A stretch of DNA of 64,000 nucleotides from Octopus vulgaris (Eukaryota), in assembly GCA_951406725.2 (NCBI GenBank), contig OX597818.1:34286001-34350000 (forward strand). The letters are read 5' to 3'. A program made the position numbers and the translations under genes. Under the pieces are notes generated by a model, which saw nothing but the letters and a program-made list of their open reading frames with translations, had not been told where the DNA came from and did not search any database. Below are positions 56,073 through 64,000 of the stretch, piece after piece (the stretch's first letter is position 1; each line of letters starts with the position of its first letter).

Positions 56073-56123
56073 CTGAAGACATTTATTGTGACCCTTACAC
56101 AACTACACACACACACACACACA

Positions 56124-56181
<58 letters not shown>

Positions 56182-57569
56182 ATGGCTGTTCACCGAGGTA
56201 GACCATCACTGGCCATTGCCTGTGCAAAATGCCAGCAATGTCAGCAATGCTCGAGCATGGGTTTATTGTACCAGTAGTCGGCTACACTTGGGTTCGTGTA
56301 CGTGGCTTCCATGTTTGCCGCAGCGCGCTCCTACTCGACCGGGTATCGGATAGCTGCCTCGCCGGCGATTGCACAACCTAAAATTTTAGGACTAATAATT
56401 CTTACACAACCTCTCTACCCTACTGACATGATCCAGAGATAATCCAGGACAAGATAACCAATGCCAAAATGGGTTGCATCCTCAGGAATGTGAGAGCGCC
56501 GTGAATTAAGGCACAAGCGAAAGATCCCCAAAGTGTTCAAGGCCATATCCGGTTTTATATCAAAGTGATCTTTTACTAGAGACATGCTTTAACAAAAACG
56601 TAAGGGGTGCCTTACTCTCAATAGTCTTCTAGCACACCAAACACCAACCCGGAATATCTGAAGGCCCGTACTATTTGCTAGATAGTCGTAGAATCTATGC
56701 TAGGTTCGTCAGGTCCTTTTCACATGTCGCATTTTTAGGCCTATAGGGTTTCTAGCAACCCTCTTCTCCAGGCAAGTCTACTAGAAGTGCCACTTTGGTC
56801 GGCGGCAACCCGCCATGCAACAAGTTTTACTGGATTCTATGTCACAAGTGACCTGATCTAGTATATATATATATATTCTATATAATTCAAAATAAAAAGA
56901 AACATGTTAGTAATAGACTTCTGGTAAATGCATGAACAATGATATACAGGCAATGAGATTACAAATGTTCAATTTGGGCCTTTTTTCTAGGTCCCTTTCA
57001 TTTTTATAAGGTGTCCTGAAATAAAAATAATAATTATTCACTTTTTTACATCTATACAGCTAGATAAATAATTACATACATAAGCCAGCAAATACACAAA
57101 CATACACACACACTCACTCACACACACACTCACTCACTCACACACATACTCACTCACTCACACACATACACACATTATACAAACACTCTCTGTCTCTTTT
57201 AGATATACATGCATACGCGTATATGCACATACAGTCACATGCAATCACACATACGAATATATATGGATTTATATCACTGATATATAACCAGATGTATAAA
57301 TATATATACACAAACATTTCACACAGAGAATCCTCTGCACGTACATAGGCGGTTGTATGCAGCCAGCTTGACAAACACATACAAATACATGCAATTCTAA
57401 GCGCACGCATACACACATATACACACACACACACATACAACTCGCGCGCGCGCACATATACGCACACGCACGCACCCACACACATTGAAGGAGAAAGAAA
57501 CAGATATTAATAGATAAATCGATCGATCGATCGATAGATAGATAGGTAGACATACAGACAGACAGACAC

Positions 57570-57660
<91 letters not shown>

Positions 57661-57766
57661 CGCAGACACACAGACAGACATAGATAGATTGCTTGATAGA
57701 TAGTTAGATTGATTGATAGAAAGATAGATAGATAGATAGATAGGTGGATAGATGGATAGATAGATG

Positions 57767-57828
<62 letters not shown>

Positions 57829-58807
57829 CACATTTTACATACAGTTCACTTTTATGCGACTATACAAACATGCACTCCACCATCCACATATATTTTTGCA
57901 CATATGTAAACAAAAATAAGAATAGATACGACGCGTTCCTCCTCCTACACACACTACACACGCACGCACACACATACATACACTTCCGACCGCGCCTGTA
58001 CACCTATAAGAAATACTTGTGCGCCCACGTTTATACGTATGTACATAAGTTATATGCATAAATATTTAGATATATGTTTACACAGAACTCTTTTCTTTTT
58101 TTCCTTCTTTCTCTCGTTTTGTTTCTCACATATACAAAGACATAATAATGGACGTGCGCGTGTAGATAATACAAACAGCTGTAGTCGTTCATTTCACTGT
58201 AGCAGACGATATTTCAACGAAACTGGAGCAGTGTGTCCGATGTAAAATATACATTATAACAGTCACAAAACATGACGATTTTAAAATATAGGAAAACAAA
58301 ATAATCAAAATAATTTCAAGAAGAATTACTCAAAGGTAAGCAAATAATAAATTTCATTCATTTTTTTAAATATATTTTCATTATTTTTCTCTATTATTTT
58401 GTTTTGTGATGTAATCTAATTAAAACATTTCTTGTATGAATACTTTAAATTTATGTATGAAGCAATTTAGAAAATAAACGAGGAACAAGAAAGTATTAAA
58501 GACAGAAGAAAAAAAAGAGAAGACAAAGAATTCCAGAATTAATTATGTTGGTGAGGGAGTAAATTGTAGAAGCTAAATAATGAATCTAGTCACCACATTC
58601 ACATTACTTCCGCTCAATGACAGTGTGTGTGTGTGAGTGTGTGCGTGTGTGTGTGTGAAAGAGAGAGAGAGAGAGAGTTTGTGAGTGAGAGTTACATACA
58701 TACATACAAATACATAGAGTTATATACAAAGTTATATTCATACATACCTATATAAATGTATATATACATATATATACATATACATATACATGTACATATA
58801 TACATAT

Positions 58808-58879
<72 letters not shown>

Positions 58880-59034
58880 CTCCAAGAAAGTAAGAGGTTG
58901 TGAATCCAACCCACTAAGGAATAACATCTCTTAGAATACCCAATTATTAATACACAAGTACTTTTTATTACATTGCAATTACATTACCTAGTGTACTAAA
59001 TGGGTGAAGGTAAAGAGATATTTTACTATTAATT

Positions 59035-59407
59035 TATATAGCAATAAGAAAATGGAGGAGAACAATAGGTGGTTCATCAACATTTAGACATTATATTATG
59101 TTAACTTATTTATTTACTTAACTGATAATTTCAATAATATACATACATATAGCATATTATTCTTTACATATAAGATATAAAATATAAAATATAGTAATAT
59201 ATAAGGATACCAGTAATTGTTTTTTATAATAATTACTGGTATCCTTATATATTACTATATTATATATCTTATATCTTATATGTAAAGAATAATATGTTAT
59301 ACGTATGTATATTATTGTAATTATCAGTTTAGTAAATAAATAAGTTAACATAATATAATGTCTAAAAGTTGATGAACAACCTATTGTTCTCCTCCATTTT
59401 CTTACTG

Positions 59408-59414
<7 letters not shown>
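59035..59414. repeat. ~380-bp near-perfect palindrome
   Basis: Arms 59035-59218 and 59231-59414 are reverse complements with scattered mismatches. Confidence 0.92.
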
Positions 59415-59450
<36 letters not shown>

Positions 59451-59697
59451 GATGTCCAAGGTGCCACAAGTGGGACTGAACCCGGAACCATGTGGTTGGG
59501 AAGCAAGCTTCTTACCACGCAGCCACTGCTGCCCCGATGTATATATATATATATATTTTCTATTTCTATGTCTTGTTATATTTGTAATATATTATGTATA
59601 ATGTCATTGCTGTTGTGTAATGGTTTAATAAAGTATTGATTGGGTATTATCTGATGGTTGATGATTGATTTAGGTATGTTTCTCCATTTTCTCATTT

Positions 59698-59765
<68 letters not shown>

Positions 59766-59914
59766 AGCAAACTTTTGGAAGCGTCGAATTTGTTTCGTAT
59801 TTCACAAACAAGCAAGTAAAATTTGAATGCAGTATAGCCATGAAAGCCGCAGAAATATCGGGTATTTTTACCCTTAGAAGGGTAAAATACACATTTATTG
59901 GGAGCTACATGTAT

Positions 59915-60066
59915 GGATCAAACAGTTTGATTCAAACTCCTTGGTACTCAGAGTTTCAAGCATGTCGTTAGTCAGGGGGCATTACAAGTCAGACTCCTAA
60001 TGGCCGACGACCAGCGACACGCTTGAAACTCAGAGTGCTAAGGTTTTTAATCAAACTGTTTGATCC
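59915..60066. repeat. Inverted repeat with ~58-bp arms
   Basis: GGATCAAACAGTTTGATT...AATCAAACTGTTTGATCC. Confidence 0.88.
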
Positions 60067-60071
60067 TATAT

Positions 60072-60119
<48 letters not shown>

Positions 60120-60245
60120 GTATATATATATATATATATATTTAAATTTAAATAATAAGGGTGAAAAATTGAATATTAATTTGATTAATATCAATTTAAA
60201 ACCAATGGCCTAGCATATTGAAAAATTTGAAGATTCAGAAAAATT

Positions 60246-60584
60246 TATATTACATACATATAAGAGGGATGACCACTAAGTGGACATCCATTATGCTAGA
60301 GGTAGAACCCATATGGTCTGACCACAAAGAAAAGATTGTTCTCAAGAAAATTTAGCAAACGCCAGAACGTAAGCGGGCAAGACAAATGAAAAGATACAAA
60401 ATATAGATTAATCACAAACCCGATTTCATTGTTACCACTTTCTTTAGTCTTGATCGCTTACGTCATGGTGTTTGCTGAATTTTCTTGAGAACAATCTTTT
60501 CTTAGTGGTCAGACCATATGGGGTCTACCTCTAGCATAATGGATGTCCACTTGGTGGTCATCCCTCTTATATGTATGTAATATA
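60246..60584. repeat. Inverted repeat with ~138-bp arms
   Basis: 60246-60383 versus 60447-60584. Confidence 0.9.
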
Positions 60585-60609
60585 TATATGTATGTAATAT
60601 ATATATGTA

Positions 60610-61997
60610 AGGATAGCTGACTTCCTGGAGACCCACAAACTCCTAAATGCAAATCAGCATGGCTTTCGCTGTGGCAGGGACTGTCTAACATAGCTCTTAC
60701 ACCACATTGAAGATGTACTCAAAGCCTTGGGAACAGGTTCGAACTCTGATGTCATATATCTTGACTTCAGTAAAGCGTTCGACAGGGTAGACCATAATAT
60801 CCTACTCTCAAAATTGACAGATGTTGGAATCCGTGGAAAAGTTCTACACTGGATTAAGTATTTCCTGGCGAATAGAACACAACATGTTGTAGTTGATGGA
60901 GTCCACTCAAGCCCAGCAAAAGTCACCAGCAGTGTCCCCCAAGGGACTGTCTTGGGTCCGCTACTCTTCATAATTTACATAAACGACCTTTCCAGTGTCG
61001 TACATTACTGCAAAGTGAAAATATTTGCTGATGACACTAAGCTCCAGCAAATCGTCAATGAAGAAGCAGACCGAACTCAACTCCAGTCTGATCTATATAC
61101 TGTGAGTCAATGGACAGACAGAAACAAAATGCAACTGAACGAGGGGAAATTTGAGCTGATGCATTTTGGAAGAAATTCCTCACTAAAACAGCCATACTCT
61201 CTTGCTTCAGGGGAACCGCTCACAGCCTCTAACAATATCAGAGACCTGGGTGTAATTGTTGATGACGATCTCAGTTGGAGTGCACACATCAACAAGAAGG
61301 TCGATATAGCTCATAGGATGAGTTCCTGGATCTTAAGAACTTTCCGGTCCAGAGAACAAGGTGTCATCATACCACTTTTCTCCTCCTTTGTACGGCCACA
61401 CCTCGAATACTGCTGCCCACTGTGGTCTCCCCATACAAGACAAAACATCTCCAGGATTGAATCACCCCAGAGGGCACTCACTAAACGAATTGAAGGCATG
61501 GCTGCTCTCAATTATTGGGATCGCCTTAAAGCCTTGAAACTACTCTCTCCAGCGTCGCCGTGAGCGGTCCATCATTTGTACGATGTGGAGAATATACCGC
61601 CAACTTTGCCCAAACGACCTGAACATTAGCTTCAAGGTTCATCCAAGACTGGGACCACGGGCCATACGTCCCCTGCCCAATTCAAGATCACAGCATACAT
61701 GTACACTGCAACATAATTTCTTTTCCTCAACAGGCCCTGCCCTGTTTAACATTGTCCCGAAAGAGATTAAAGAGGAAAAGGATCCCATCAACTTTAAACG
61801 GAGTCTGGATAGATTCCTTCAAGGAATACCAGATAAGCCACCCATAATTGGATACAACTCACCCAACAAAAACTCACTACTTCAATGGACCATAAACAAA
61901 ACTTGACTTAAACAGGATTCAAATAATCCTATCAGGTGGTGCTATTAAGTTAGACTTGGCCTGGACAAATCTTTGGTCGAAACATATCTAAGTTTAT
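60610..61997 (+). mobile_element. 5'-truncated CR1/L2-like LINE, same family as 11228-12835
   Basis: YLDFSKAFDRVDH, VPQGTVLGPLLF, FADDTKL; near-identical peptide; one stop and one frameshift; runs into (TATG)n. Confidence 0.92.
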
Positions 61998-62051
61998 GTA
62001 TGTATGTATGTATGTATGTATGTATGTATGTATGTATGTATGTATGTATAA

Positions 62052-62350
62052 ATTTAGATATATTTCGACCAAAATTGACGAAGTCCATATCTAATTTAAT
62101 GGCACCTTCTGACTGATCTTTTTCGGGATAATATTACATAGATCTAGACCCTTTACAATGTACTAATGTGTTATGAGTCTGAACTGTGTGGGAGACCTAA
62201 GGTTTGGTGTCCCAGCCTAGGATGAATTGCCAACTTGATGCTTATGTCGTTCGAACAATGCTGGTGCCATATTCTCCAAACTATGCTAATGATATAGCGC
62301 ACAGGACGGCGTTGGAAAGAATAAAGTTTCACTCTCATAAAGCGGTGCCA
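62052..62350 (-). mobile_element. Diverged 3' end of a related CR1/L2-like LINE, tail-to-tail with the previous copy
   Basis: KLYSFQRR...WRIWHQHCSNDISIKLAIHPRLG and a similar terminal GGTCGAAATATATCTAAA. Confidence 0.7.
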
Positions 62351-62429
62351 ATTACCACAATTAATCATGTTTTATGTGTGTGTCTAAGTGTACTTGCTCC
62401 CTGGGATGTCTCAATTCTCGGGAGTTGAA

Positions 62430-62644
<215 letters not shown>

Positions 62645-62656
62645 CCCGAGAATTGA

Positions 62657-62697
<41 letters not shown>

Positions 62698-62985
62698 TGT
62701 ACATTTAAACACATAAGAGATGGCCTTAACAGGACATCTGACTCGCTAGAAAGAGTAGTTAAACTACAAACCACTATTAGGGGTAATTTCGAAAGGGAAT
62801 GAAAGATAAAAATATTTACCCTATATTTCCTGGACTATGCATAGCTTCAAACAATCTTTTGTAAATAAAATAATCTGGAATTTTATATGAATAATATATA
62901 GTCCATTGACTAGTTTTTTTTCTTCTCGCTTGACCACTTGTAGCAAAAAAGTTTTCTAAATTTTCTTTTGCTACCCTGAGATTTA

Positions 62986-63036
<51 letters not shown>

Positions 63037-64000
63037 TCACACAATAATTTATCAAAAGCATTAAACAGTAATACCTAGATTATAGATTAGACTGACTCTC
63101 CAATCTAGGTCAGTCCCCCCAAAACATATTTATGATGAAAGTTGTTCTTACTATGACCATCCATCTTGTTTTGTTTCATTTTTCGGGCTCCTTTTTTAAA
63201 AAAACGTTTAGCGTGCGTGCAATCTGATAAAGATTTGCTTGCTATTTGCAGCTAGTCGTGTGACCTCTTAGAGCAGGCATGGCCAACTCGAATTACACTG
63301 AGGGCCACTTTAATCACAGAAAGGTTTTTGAGGGTCGCTTGTATACTTTATGCACAAATAGTCAAATGCATTAATAGTCAAATATCTTTTCTCGAGTCAC
63401 CCAAACAACAAAGTTAAATCCAATGAGGTGCAAAGCAATAGACGACTCGTTTTTGACAGTTCCACAGTCACAAGAAAGGATGTTGGCCAAATCTAATGTA
63501 GAACCATTTAATACATTCCCAACCGCTCCAAGTAGACCCCGAGTGCCTTGACAAATCTCAGCGGGTCTACCTTCATGTTCACAAGTACCAGATAATATCA
63601 CGACAGTTTTTCTCTGATGACATTTTTTCCAGAAATGTTAGCACATGAAGAAATGAGTCACATCCATTGGATCGTAGGAGACGAAGAACGGAGATGGTTA
63701 ATTTTGTAATAGTATATCTAGAGAAGAATGTCAATTTGGTGGGTCTAATATATTTGGCAGGTCAACTCTGCTTTTCATTCCTTTCGGGGTCGGAAAAAAA
63801 GCCCCATTAGAGCACTGGGGATGGTGTAATCGACTTAACCTCTCTGTCGAAATTACTGACCTTGTACCAAAGTCTGAACCAATAATTTAATCCTTTGTTA
63901 TGCATTAACAACATCTGAGTTCAAAATACTTTTGATCATATGTCTACGTACTTGATCAGAAATAACTTGGGGTTAAATAACAACAACAATTATCATTATC

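Larger units (their letters stand above)
55174..56103 (-). mobile_element. Penelope-like element 3' end: GIY-YIG C-terminal fragment, pLTR and inverted pLTR
   Basis: Minus 55959 downward: FKKRYANHIVSF...LTSHVWALKD...YTIKWKIIEKSTPYVNGSKKHRLCLAE.../LLNSRSEIFRDCRH; ~123-bp inverted arms at 55174-55296 and 55981-56103. Confidence 0.85.

Noticed and set aside
61950-61992. LINE 3' end with TTAGA/TCTAA pairing, a hairpin and GAAA, resembling a hammerhead (also 11235-11277)
   Set aside because: No CTGANGA-like core; better explained as the 3' stem-loop typical of CR1/L2-type LINEs
63286-63720. hAT-like terminus CAGGCATGGCCAAC and an adjacent 76-aa minus ORF as a possible transposase or exon
   Set aside because: No matching second TIR, no recognisable motif, in-frame stop just upstream; unresolved

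Overview
Gene-poor, AT-rich eukaryotic DNA; the SINE repertoire and extreme microsatellite density point to a coleoid cephalopod such as Octopus (inference). I recognise no host protein-coding gene, and almost all ORF-track entries are translated microsatellites or SINE text. The window is a nest of transposon relics: three tRNA-headed SINE families (called A, B and C here), CR1/L2-like, RTE, Tx1/L1-like and R4/Dong-like LINE fragments, Penelope-like elements (PLEs), two mariner relics, a hAT relic, MITEs and a Helentron-like element. The most interesting signal is RNA structure. (1) A ~210-bp dispersed repeat carries a complete minimal type-I hammerhead fold whose core reads GTGAACA rather than CTGANGA, i.e. 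a reciprocal G3-C8 swap, once intact and once as a tandem pair. (2) Several other PLE-type hammerheads with palindromic helix III occur, including one in each arm of an inverted-pLTR PLE. (3) There is a cluster of long fold-back palindromes anchored on (TA)n. (4) SINE-B multimers share a recurrent palindromic junction. All ribozyme calls come from manual pairing and are untested.
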